Below, piece by piece: positions 11,088 to 21,320 of a stretch of 64,000 bases of DNA. The notes beneath the pieces were generated by a model. The model was not told the origin of the DNA and searched no databases. It was given only the letters and a program-made list of their open reading frames with translations. The position numbers were made by a program, and so were the translations under genes. The DNA comes from Octopus sinensis (taxonomy: Eukaryota), in the NCBI RefSeq assembly GCF_006345805.1, contig NC_043010.1, forward strand, positions 13,578,001 to 13,642,000, written 5' to 3'. Numbering within the stretch: position 1 is the stretch's first letter; each line of letters begins with the position of its first letter.

Positions 11088-11662
11088 AATATTCCAAACA
11101 ATGGCAAAAGAAAAATACATTGCATACATGAGAAGTCAACAAATGTTCAGACACTGGAAAAAGAAAACAACATGAATGCATTAAGAAGAAAAAAAACAAG
11201 CATGCAAATAGACAGTTAAAGACACTCAGCGCCAGTTCATTTACAAATAGTTTCACAGAGCCTCTCAGGCCAATGGACACGACGACCGCTGAGAGTTGTC
11301 GTAAGGTATCTTGGTGAAGATGGGGGGAGATGTTTGTATCGACTTATCGTCTGAAACGGGGGGAGTGTAACGAGTCAGGAAAGTCCTATTACGTCGCCGT
11401 GGCATGGTTCAGTTGTGCTGTGGAAGATTCCGGCCAATCAGAGCTGGAGGCGTATGAATAAAACGGCAGTGATCTACCTTAGCAGCTGAACTCACTACAG
11501 CAGAGAAGCGGCAGATTCAAACCAGCTACGGATTTGACGGCATAGTAGCAACATCGCTTTCTTCGACATGTTACATTTTCTGTGTCCGCCACCAACTACA
11601 CGCAACTCATTTGGTTAATATCAGCTTCCACTCTGCTTAATATAAACCTACGCCATATGCCC

Positions 11663-11917
11663 GCGGGCATATGGTGTAATGGTTAAGAGCGCGGGCTTAC
11701 TAACCCCAAGATTCCGTGTTCGATTCCTGGCAGGGACCTTAATAATAATATTAATAATAACAACAACATCAAAAAATACCTTAGGAATGAGAACCCAGGT
11801 TCAAAATTTCCCCAAGACACCTGATGAAGGCTGGAGGGTATACCAACCGAAACGTTGTGTTAACAACAAACAAGATGAAGACAAATATCTGTCAAATATA
11901 AATAATGTAAATAATGA
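11663..11917 (+). mobile_element. tRNA-headed SINE-like element with a minimal hammerhead in its 3' half
   Basis: A-box TGGTGTAATGG 11672-11682, B-box GTTCGATTCC 11718-11727, (TAA/CAA)n linker, hammerhead fold 11816-11861. Confidence 0.65.
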
Positions 11918-11923
11918 ACTAGT

Positions 11924-12241
11924 GAGGGCGCGTGGCTTAGTGGTTAGGGCATTCGGCTCATGATCGTAAGGTTGTGAGTTCGATTCCCGGCGACGCGTTG
12001 TGTCCTTGAGCAAGACACTTTATTTCACGTTGCTCCAGTCCACTCAGCTGGCAAAAATGAGTTGTACTTGTATTTCAAAGGGTCAGCCTTGTCACTCTCT
12101 GTGTCACGCTGATTATCCCCGAGAGCTACGTTAAGGGTACACGTGTCTGTGGAATGCTCAGCCATTTGCACGTTAATTTCACGAGCAAGCTGTTCCGTTG
12201 ATCGTATCAGCTGGGACCCTCGTCGTCGTAACCGGCGGAGT
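11924..12241 (+). mobile_element. SINE family D (tRNA head + CORE-like domain)
   Basis: TGGCTTAGTGG / GTTCGATTCC boxes, then GTGTCCTTGAGCAAGACACTT CORE-like motif; tail shared with 22898. Confidence 0.85.
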
Positions 12242-12472
12242 AAAAGAAAAAAGAAATAATGAACTTACTCAATACTTTTTAATACAGTTAAATCTACGAT
12301 AACTTAGTAATAGAGTAGGTGAGGTCACTCTCTGAACAAAAAGCAACGAAGGACATGAGTGGATGGATGGAGCCAGAATCGAGTGGTTCGTGTAGTGTTG
12401 TGACCGAGCACATGATTTGGCGCGAAATATTTCAAATTTTGCTCAGTAGATATTTTGTGTTATGTGTGATAA

Positions 12473-12868
12473 TCTATATATATAAAAGTGAAGTTGTGTG
12501 AGTGTCTGTCTCCTACGATTTAGATTCCTAACTACTCCACGATTTTGCGGTGCAGTTTAACCAAAAGCGGGTATCTTATAGTCGTGATTCATATCGAGCC
12601 CGTCTGGGTATTAGCGCGCATCTACGATGAGTCTACGATTTAAAAAGTAATTTACCGTCATTTTTTTCCATTTTAATGCATATTTTTTAAATATAAGGGA
12701 AGTAACTCTCTAAAAATGTCTACGATGAGTCAACGACTTAAAAAAAATTACCATCATATTTTTTCCATTTTTAATGCATTTTTTGGATATTTTTTGGCTA
12801 TAACTCTCTAAAAATGCTTTATAGTTATTTCCCTTACAAACCCGAGCAACGCCGGGCGATACTGCTAG
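12473..12868 (+). mobile_element. Non-autonomous Helitron
   Basis: A|TC...hairpin CCCGAGCAACGCCGGG...CTAG|T. Confidence 0.9.
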
Positions 12869-13060
12869 TGTGTGATAATATACTGTAAATTTCTTGTTCG
12901 CAAGTTAACTATAATTTGGAGTGGTTGCAGAAGGATATTAGAAAATATAAATGGAGAAGGACAACTGGTTGAACGGGTACACGTTGTAGGGCTCTCCTGG
13001 GGCGTTGGATATTCTGGTACCGGCTTGATAATACCATAAACAGTAGTTAATCTACCGTTA

Positions 13061-13427
13061 TCTATATATATACAAAATTGAAGTTGGGTGAGGCTCTGTC
13101 TCCTCCGATTTAGATTTCTAACTACTCCCACATTTTGCGGTGCAGTTTAACCAAAACCGGGTATCTTATAGTCGTGATTCATATCGAGCCTTTCTGGGTA
13201 TTAGCGTGCGTCTACGATGAGTCTACGATTTTTAAAAAAAAGTTACCATCATTTTTTCCATTTTAATGCATTTTTTTGCTATTATTTAAGGGAAGTAACT
13301 CTCTAAAAATGTATTATTAAATCGCAGAACGTAAAAAGCTGATATGGCTATTATACTTTACATCTCTAAAAATGCTTATATAGTTATTTCCCTTACAAAC
13401 CCGAGCAACGCCGGGCGATACTGCTAG
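13061..13427 (+). mobile_element. Non-autonomous Helitron
   Basis: A|TC...CTAG|T, same hairpin. Confidence 0.9.
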
Positions 13428-13437
13428 TCTTATATAT

Positions 13438-13508
13438 AATTATAATTTAGGGTATCTAAGAGATACCACCACGGTGGTGGTATCTCTTAGATACCCAAAA
13501 TTATAATT
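13438..13508. repeat. 71-bp near-perfect palindrome
   Basis: 35-bp arms, 1 mismatch, 1-nt centre (..GAGATACCACCAC G GTGGTGGTATCTC..). Confidence 0.95.
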
Positions 13509-13612
13509 TTAAATAATTATCACCTTTGAAAGGTTTTTATTCCCATGCTGGCCACCTGATAAGATCGGTATTTAAATATCGATCTTATCCTTATTTATAT
13601 AAATTTATATAT

Positions 13613-14022
13613 TCTCTTTTTCTCTCTTTTACTTGTTTCAGTCATTTGACTGCGGCCATGCTGGAGCACCGCCTTTAGTCGAGCAAATCGACCCCGGGAC
13701 TTATTCTTTGTAAGCCCAATACTTATTCTATCGGTCTCTTTTGCCGAACCGCTAGGTGACGGGGACGTAAACACACCAGCAGCGGTTGTCAAGCTATGCT
13801 AGGGGGACAAACACAGACACACAAACACACACACACACATATATATATATACATATATACGACAGGCTTCTTTCAGTTACCGTCTACCAAATCCACTCAC
13901 AAGGCATTGGTCGGCCCGGGGCTATAGCAGAGGACACTTGCCCAAGATTCCACGCAGTGGGACTGAACCCGGAACCATGTGGTTGGTTAGCAAGCTACTT
14001 ACCACACAACCACTCCTGCGCC
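13613..14022 (-). mobile_element. SINE family A
   Basis: Near-consensus full-length copy. Confidence 0.95.
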
Positions 14023-14319
14023 TATATATTTAGTATTTCATTTTATATACAATATAATATAATTATTAACGGCAGAAGGCGTATTAATGCTAAACAGTAA
14101 TATTCATCCCCACTTAAAAGTGGATGATCTGTTAAAATACTGCGGTTGTTACCATGAGAGAAACTCTCGTCGGTGCGTAAGTGCACTCGAGTTTATATCG
14201 CTAGCGGTGGGAGGGATAAATCATCTGCCATCGCCGAGACCACGAGATCCCGTGGTTTTGGCCTCCCAGTATAAAAAAATAACTGAAAAGGAAATGTTAT
14301 GATAGTTTTCCTAACAAAA

Positions 14320-14524
14320 AGGCGCAGGAGTGACTGTGTGGTAAGTAGCTTGCTTACGAACCACATGGCTTGGCTCCGGGTTCAGTCCCACTGCGTGGCA
14401 CTTTGGGCAAGTGTTTTCTATTATAGCCCCGGGCTGACCATTGTCTTGTGAGTGAATTCGGTGGATGGAAGCCCGTCGTATATATGTATTTTTGTGTTTG
14501 TATCTCCACCACACAGCCTGGCGA

Positions 14525-14555
<31 letters not shown>

Positions 14556-14705
14556 GCACTTTGACGTCCCCGCAATTTTATCGATTTGGCAAAAGAGAGA
14601 TCGATAGAATAAGCGATAGACTTTAAAAAGTTAGTATCGGGTCGATTTGTTCGTCTTAACCATTCAAGGTGGTGGCTCTGCATGGCCGCAATCCAATGAC
14701 TGAAT
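14320..14705 (+). mobile_element. SINE family A, diverged, internal poly-T
   Basis: GGCGCAGGAGTGACTGTGTGG head. Confidence 0.85.
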
Positions 14706-14995
14706 CGGGTGGTTGAATTTTCCACAAACATGGAATAACATAATCCTCGGGAAGAACTGATTTACCTTTGCATTGCAGGTATAATCCATCCGACGGACTT
14801 GATCCAAGTTTCCGTCCACCAAAGCTTCTTTCACAAGGTTTGGGTCGACCTGAGACAGTAGTAAATGACACATGCTCAAGATGTCACTCAGGAGTATCGA
14901 AACCAGTACTTTCTGATTATGAAGCAACTTTCTTAATCATTCGACCATTTTATGTCTGGTTGTTGGCCATACTAGTAAGTCAACCGCCAAAATGA

Positions 14996-15077
14996 AGTTT
15001 CGTGGCCGAGTGGTTAAGGCGATGGACTAGAAATCCAGTGGGGTCTCCCCGCATAGGTTCGAATCCTATCGGCGACG
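14996..15077 (+). tRNA. tRNA-Ser(AGA) gene or recent pseudogene
   Basis: 82 nt, near-identical to eukaryotic tRNA-Ser(AGA); anticodon 15029-15031, long variable arm, T-stem ATAGG/CCTAT intact, TTTT downstream; acceptor stem 5' strand mispaired, one anticodon-stem mismatch. Confidence 0.75.
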
Positions 15078-15096
15078 GTTAGGTATTTTGCTTTTT

Positions 15097-15140
15097 TGTT
15101 GTGGTGCACCTGAGCACTGTATACAATAATTTCATTCAGC
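15097..15140 (+). mobile_element. Very short CR1-like 3' terminal fragment
   Basis: TTGTGGTGCACCTGAGCACTGTATACAATAATTTCATT equals the 3' end of the CR1 at 47476-48385. Confidence 0.7.
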
Positions 15141-15707
15141 TGAATCCATAGTGAAGATTGCCCCGCCGCCGACCTCCTTTAACCAGGAGGGCAAGGCAAT
15201 TTTTCTTTGTCTAGTGGCTGTAGAGAAAGAGGTGGTATGGTGGACCCGTTTGAAAGGACTAAAGTCAGACACTTTCCTCTTTGGCCAAGGCCTCATCGAC
15301 TTTTTCAAGCTTCACTTGAAAAGGAAGATGAGAGTAGAGAGGGAAGTGACGTCTGGTAGCAAATTCATTGAAAGGTGGGTGAATGTCAGAAGAATGGCCT
15401 GTATGAACGGACCAATTCTGAGGATACACCTGTAAAAAAAAGGTAATATAAAAGCAGAAAGGGGCTCTCTACCCCCCCACCTTTTGACCAGGCTCCCGTG
15501 GCTTTTATGGGTTTTTCCACGAGTAACCTTTCGAAGCGCCCCCCCCCCTATTGGGAGTTTTACTTTGTTATATATTTTCGTTGTTATCTTGCATTTTTAC
15601 ACGGACTTTACAAACGGACAAAACCCTTTTTGTAACTTTGGTCCTGTATTTTGTCCCTACATGTTTTATTTGATTTTTGTTAGCCCTTGTGGCCAATAAA
15701 CGAATTA

Positions 15708-15741
<34 letters not shown>
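15141..15741 (+). mobile_element. Tx1/L1-clade LINE 3' end
   Basis: ORF 15151-15435 AVEKEVVWWTRLKG..FFKLHLKRKMRVERE..KFIERWV resembles a Tx1-type ORF2 C-terminus; 3' UTR with AATAAA and (TTA)n tail. Confidence 0.7.
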
Positions 15742-15742
<1 letters not shown>

Positions 15743-15878
15743 ACAAAAAAGGCGGGATTGGGATGGGTTTCGAAAGTGCTAGTGATTGTCTTCTATGTCA
15801 GTAAAAATTTAGTAAAGTCCGTATCCGCTTTCCTCCACAGCATACGAACTTAACCTAAATTTACGAATATCTCTAGTA

Positions 15879-16098
15879 CAGTGGTTTTTCAACCAGGGTT
15901 CCACGGAACCTTAGGGTTCCGCCAGTACAGTCCAGGGGTTCCGCAAGAAGTTACAAAACTGCTAAAATCGGCAGTAATTTTTAATTCTCCTGTGCAGATA
16001 TGTGTGCATAAGACTATTAAATTATTGCACAGGGGTTCCCCGAGCTAGTGGAATGTTTCCTTGGGGTTCCGCTCCAGCAAAAAGTTTGAAAAGCACTG
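15879..16098. mobile_element. hAT (Charlie-like) MITE
   Basis: TIR CAGTGGTTTTTCAA/TTGAAAAGCACTG; 8-bp TSD CTCTAGTA. Confidence 0.95.
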
Positions 16099-16421
16099 CT
16101 CTAGTAAATAAGGTCGAATTACAAATATGTAGCACTTACTAAATGTCGTTTAATGGGAAACTGTTTTATTTCCTATTGTTGTGCTCATTCACTCTACTGA
16201 GATTAATTATGCTTCTGATCTACTTAAGAGATACTTTTGATAAGGAAAGACTGAACAGTTGTCTATCTTAATCCACTAGAGTGATGAAGTCGTTATTGTT
16301 GTTGTTGTTGTTTAGCTCGAAGTCAGCTCTGATTGAAAAGTCATTAATCATTAAATCATCTTTGTTTTATTTTTCCTCCACACATGGCACGCGCAGGAAT
16401 GGCCGTGTGGTTAAAAAGTTC

Positions 16422-16846
16422 GGATCTTTTCGGTTTGAACGGCAGTTTTTAACATAATTTCTAGGTAACTAAAAAATTTTAAACTTCGTATACTGGTAGA
16501 ATGTGTTTATAAAACATCTTTTTCTCTTGGCTTTATTGACAAAATTCTATAGTTTGTAAGATATTTGTTATTGTTTTTTTCTTCAATTTCTGCAATTTCA
16601 ACCAATCACTGACGTCCATTGGGGTAAAAAAACAAAAACATTCTGTGCCGTATGAATATATCCCTCGTTTAAGAAACAGATTGGGTTTATTTACATTTGT
16701 GAAGAAAAAAAGATACCCTTCCCCCCACTCCTAACCCTAACCCTAAAACAGATTGAAATGCAATAGATCGATACTAGGGTCATAATTATGGGTGACAATT
16801 TCATATGACACCGCTAGAAAAACTGCCGTCCAAACCGAAAAGATCC
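16422..16846 (-). mobile_element. GGATCTTTT-TIR MITE inserted in an old SINE head
   Basis: TIRs; TSD AAAAGTTC. Confidence 0.95.
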
Positions 16847-17018
16847 AAAAGTTCCCTTCATAATCAAGTGGTTTCAGGTTTGGTTCTATTACACAGGGCA
16901 TTGTGTTAAATCGACGAGCAAACACATATCATAAAGGTTCATATTGTATATGCATGTCAATTTCGGGGGCCTGAAATTGTTTTTTTTTTTATTTTTATTT
17001 TTATTTTTAAATAATAAT

Positions 17019-17230
17019 AGGTGCAGACATGGCTACGTGATTAAGAAGCTCGATCTGTAACCACTTGGTTCCGTGTTCAGGCTCACTGCGCGGTACCTTG
17101 TGCAAATGTCTTTGTACTATCGCCCCGGACCGACAAATGCATTGATGAGTGAATTTGATGGACGGAAACTGTGCGGAAGCCCACCGTATATACAGATCCT
17201 TATTTCGTATATTTCTCCACACCATAACAC
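17019..17230 (+). mobile_element. Old SINE family A 5' half
   Basis: Diverged head and GTGAATTTGATGGACGGAAACTG motif. Confidence 0.7.
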
Positions 17231-17472
17231 ACCACACAAATTCATTGCACATAGGCGCAGGCGTGGGTGTGTGAGGGCGCGGGCGTGGATGTGTGGAGGC
17301 GCAAGCGTGGATGTGTGGAGGCGCAAGCGTGGATGTGTGGAGGCGCGGGCTGTGGTAAGTCGCTTGCTTACCGACCACATGGTTCCAGGTTCAGTCCCAC
17401 TGCGTGGCACCTTGGGCGGTTGTCTTCTACTACAGCCTCGGGCTGACCAAGGAAACTGAAAGCAGCCTGTCT

Positions 17473-17503
<31 letters not shown>

Positions 17504-17507
<4 letters not shown>

Positions 17508-17735
17508 CTTTACTACCCACAAGGGGCTAAACACAGAGGGGACAAACAAGGACAGACAAAGGGATTAAGTCGATTACATCGACCCCAGTGCGTAACTGGT
17601 ACTTAATTTATCGACCCCGAAAGGATGAAAGGCAAAGTCGACCTCGGCGGAATTTGAACTCGGAACGTAATGACAGATAAAATACGGCTACGAATTTCGC
17701 CCGGCATGCTAACGTTTCTACCAGCTCGCCGCCTT
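17504..17735 (-). mobile_element. SINE family B nested in the (TA)n centre of SINE A
   Basis: Full-length family B copy flanked by (TA)n. Confidence 0.95.
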
Positions 17736-17737
<2 letters not shown>

Positions 17738-17820
<83 letters not shown>

Positions 17821-18178
17821 TATATATATTATATATATGTGTGTGTGATATATATATATATATGTGTGTGTGTGATATATATATATATATATGTGTGTGT
17901 GTGATATATATATATATATATGTGTGTGTGTGATATATATTATATATGTGTGTGTGTGATATATATATATATATGTGTGTGGTGATATATATATATATGT
18001 GTGTGTGTGTGATATTATATATATATATATATGTGTGTGTGTGATATATATATATATATATGTGTGTGTGTGATATATATATATATGTGTGTGTGTGTGA
18101 TATATATATATATGTGTGTGTGTGATATATATATATGTGTGTGTGTGTGATATATATATGTGTGTGTGTGTGTGTGTA
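17738..18178. repeat. (TA)n plus higher-order (TA)m(TG)nA compound microsatellite
   Basis: About 14 units of ~22-26 bp. Confidence 0.95.
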
Positions 18179-19123
18179 TGTCCCCCCACTATCACTTGAC
18201 AACCGATGCTAGTGTGTTTACGTCCCCGTAACTTAGCGGTTCGGCATAAGAGACCGATAGAATAAGTACTAGGCTTACAAAGAATAAGTCCTGGAGTCGA
18301 TATGTTCGACTAAAAAGACGGTGCTCCAGCATGGCCGCAGTCAAATGACTGAAACAAATAAAAGGATAGCCCTCTTTAACCACACACATATCCTACACAC
18401 CCGCACACACGAATATCAGTATCACGACTCCCATACTACCTCTTTCATTTCCCCCTCCTTTTGTCGCTCTCTCTTCATTATTCTCTCTTCCTTCTCTCTT
18501 TTCCACTTTCTCTAACTCCCCCTTTTTCATTTGCCCTTCCTCCTCATTCTATCCCTCTTACTGCATTTGACCCAACTGTACCTCTACTTCACTTCTCTAA
18601 TTCTACCCGAGATATGCCATGTGAACCGGCGTCTTATTTGGTATCGTACATTTTTTTCTGTACCTTCTGCCTCTTAATTCCATTCTTTATCTTTCTCTTA
18701 TTTTTTGATAAAGGGTATCACTCCGAAACGTCAGGTTCATTTCTGTTTTCTTTTTGATATATTAAGCTTTATTGTACATTTCTTAGTTTGTTGTTTATTT
18801 TGCTTTATATTTCTACACTTTTCAGGCACGTGCTTTTGCTTATCTGACTCTGCATGGCGTTTGTTTTTCATTTGTTTCTTCTTTACCTCTAATTTTGATT
18901 TATGAATGTATTTGAACCCCCACCGCTTGAACCGTGTTACCACTGTAATAAAGCAGTTCGGCAAAAACGACTAATAAAATAAGTACTATGGTCTATTTAT
19001 TTGACCAAACCCTCCAAGGCAGTGCCACAGTTATAACTAAGACAAATACAAGAATAACAGTAACTATATCAGGTACTACATTATCTAACGTATCTTTTAT
19101 TAAGGCAGTATATCGTATTAGGG

Positions 19124-19505
19124 TGGAGGCGCAATAGCCCAGTGGTTAGAGGCTCCGGCAGGGGGTGGTGGTGAACCCTGCTGTACTCTTTCACCACAAC
19201 TTTCTCTCACTCTTTCTTCCTCTTTCTGTTGTACCTGTATTTCAAAGGGCCAGCCTTGTCACACTCAGTATCACGCTGAATCTCCTCGAGAACTACGTTA
19301 AGGATACACGTGTCTGTGGAGTGCTCAGCCACTTACACGTTAATAAATGAGCTGCGACGTCAATGGTGCCAAGCTGGTGGCGTGGAGAGGGGAGGCTATT
19401 ATCTGTGGGGCGACTGCTGGTCTTCCATAAACAACCTTGCCCAGACTTGTACCTCGGAGGGTAACTTTCTAGGTGCAATTCCATGGTCATTCATGACCAA
19501 AAGAG
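19124..19505 (+). mobile_element. SINE family D, internally deleted, with 54737-type tail
   Basis: GGAGGCGCAATAGCCCAGTGGTTAG head; tail GGCGACTGCTGGTCTTCCATAAACAACCTTGCCC. Confidence 0.75.
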
Positions 19506-19979
19506 GTCACAATCACAGTATTAGGAAGATTTAGCTACGACCGTGTTATTACTGCTGTGCTGGCTTGTGTGTAGTGGAATTGTTGCATAGCTTCTAGTCG
19601 TGCAGATCCATCTTCTCAGTTATACCATGACTTAATCTAGTTGAGGACCATATTGCACACTGCACACATGTAGTAATGAATCGCGTGAGAATCACTGAGA
19701 CATATGATCTAGGCATATTGCATTCACTCTTCAGGGCAATATATTTCCATATGCTGTAACTTCTGGGGGCATAAAGTAGATTCGGTGAGAGTGTTCGGAA
19801 CCAGTGAATGTTGCGGTTGTTTTTGATTTGTGTGTTTTGCTATGTGGGCTGAGAGGAAGAAATAGTGGGTTTTAGGATTTTGCAGCTGTGCACTGTGTGT
19901 GTGTGTGTGTTCTTGTTTTCTTATCGTGACGTATCTAGCTGCTATTATAACTATCACAAGAGAACAGAGCCAGTTGTCT

Positions 19980-20330
19980 TCGTATACTGCTAGAATGTGT
20001 TTATAAAACATCTTTTTCTCTTGGCTTTATTAAGAAAATTCTATTGTTTGTAAGATATTTGTTGTTTTTTTTCTTCAATTTCTGCAATTTCAACCAATCA
20101 ATGACGTCTATTGAGGTGAAAACATTCTGTGCCTTATGAAAATGTCCCTCGTATAAGAAACAGATTGGGTTTATTTACATTTGTGAAGGAAAAAAAATAC
20201 CCTTCCCCCACCCCTAACCCTAACCCTAAAACAGATTGAAATGCAATAGATCGATACTAGGGTCATAATTATGGATGACAATTTCATATGACACCGCTAG
20301 AAAAAACTGCCGGCCAAACCGAAAAGATCC
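19980..20330 (-). mobile_element. GGATCTTTT-TIR MITE, one end missing
   Basis: Single TIR at 20330; CCCTAA repeats. Confidence 0.9.
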
Positions 20331-20496
20331 CTGCTCTGTAGTAAACTTGAAAATTAATAAATATGAGATAATTACCACTGATCATTCAAGCCGTTTAATG
20401 TGTTCAGTTCCTCTCAAAATTCTCCTTCTCGTTCACAATCTTGAGTTTCTTCAAAAACAAGGTTGCACGGACTTTTAATTATTTATAGCAGATTAT

Positions 20497-20906
20497 AATA
20501 AGGCGGCGAGATGGCAGAAACGTTAGCACGCTGGGCGAAATGCTTATTCGTATTACGTCTGCCTTTACGTTCTGAGTTCAAATTCCGCCGAGGTCGACTT
20601 TGCCTTTCATCCTTTCGAGGTCGATAAATAAAGTACCAGTTACGCACCGGGGTCGATGTAATCGGCTTAATACCTATGTCTGTCCTTGTTTGTACCCTCT
20701 ATGTTTAGCTCCTTGTGGGCAATAAAGAAATAGGTATTTCGCTGCCGCTACGTTCTGAGTTCAAATTCCGCTGATTCCGACTTTGCCTTTCATCCTTTTG
20801 AGGTCGATAAATAAAGTACCAGTTACGCACTGGGGGGCGATGTAATCGACTTAATCCCTTTGTTTGTTCCCTCTATGTTTAGCCCCTTGTGGGCAATAAA
20901 GGAATA
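20497..20906 (+). mobile_element. SINE family B dimer
   Basis: Outer 17-bp TSD TATTTATAGCAGATTAT (20480-20496, 20907-20923); internal junction at 20733. Confidence 0.95.
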
Positions 20907-21082
20907 TATTTATAGCAGATTATTTGTCTAAACATTTATGGTGTCACGAGGGAGATGAGGTTTGTGCTAAGGCGAGAACGGCATTCTTTTTTTTAATTTT
21001 CTTTTTTTAATCCTTTTTAGAACCTGGTTCAGCACTATGGGTTTATATCAACTTAGATTTTCATCCTTTCAAGGTCGATAAA

Positions 21083-21320
21083 TATATGTTTCTTTATTAC
21101 CCACAAGGGGCTAAACACAGAGGGGACAAACAATAACAGACAAACGGATTAAGTCAATTATATCGACCCCAGTGCGAAACTGGTACTTATTTAATCGACT
21201 CCGAAAAGATGAAAGGCAAAGTCGACCTCGGCGGAATTTGAACTCAGAACGTAACGGCAGACGAAATACGGCAACGCATTTCGCCCGGCGTGCTAACGAT
21301 TCTGCCAGCTCGCCGCCTTT
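21083..21320 (-). mobile_element. SINE family B inserted into a family-B-like remnant
   Basis: TSD AGGTCGATAAA (21072-21082, 21321-21331). Confidence 0.9.

Larger units (their letters stand above)
9646..11648. mobile_element. Long-TIR (~270 bp) non-autonomous DNA element hosting nested inserts (MULE/foldback-like)
   Basis: GGTTTATATTAAGCAGAGTG..: 9646-9667 plus 10317-10550 is the reverse complement of ~11395-11648; no clean TSD seen. Confidence 0.75.
17253..18365 (+). mobile_element. SINE family A with reiterated 22-bp 5' end; split by SINE B and an expanded microsatellite
   Basis: 5' half 17253-17475, 3' half 18179-18365. Confidence 0.85.

Noticed and set aside
14190-14275. GGGAGG..CCTCCC closed stem with an internal GAGACCACG/CGTGGTTTT hairpin
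   Set aside because: Single occurrence, no known RNA motif recognised
17603-18202. 199-aa and 195-aa His/Thr/Tyr/Ile ORFs (also 23867-24532, 42268-42845)
   Set aside because: Pure (TA)/(TG)/(CA) microsatellite translations
18703-18735. UUGAUAA AGGG..UCC GAAACGUC AGG
   Set aside because: Probably a decayed minimal hammerhead, but two core positions and stem I are broken; not callable
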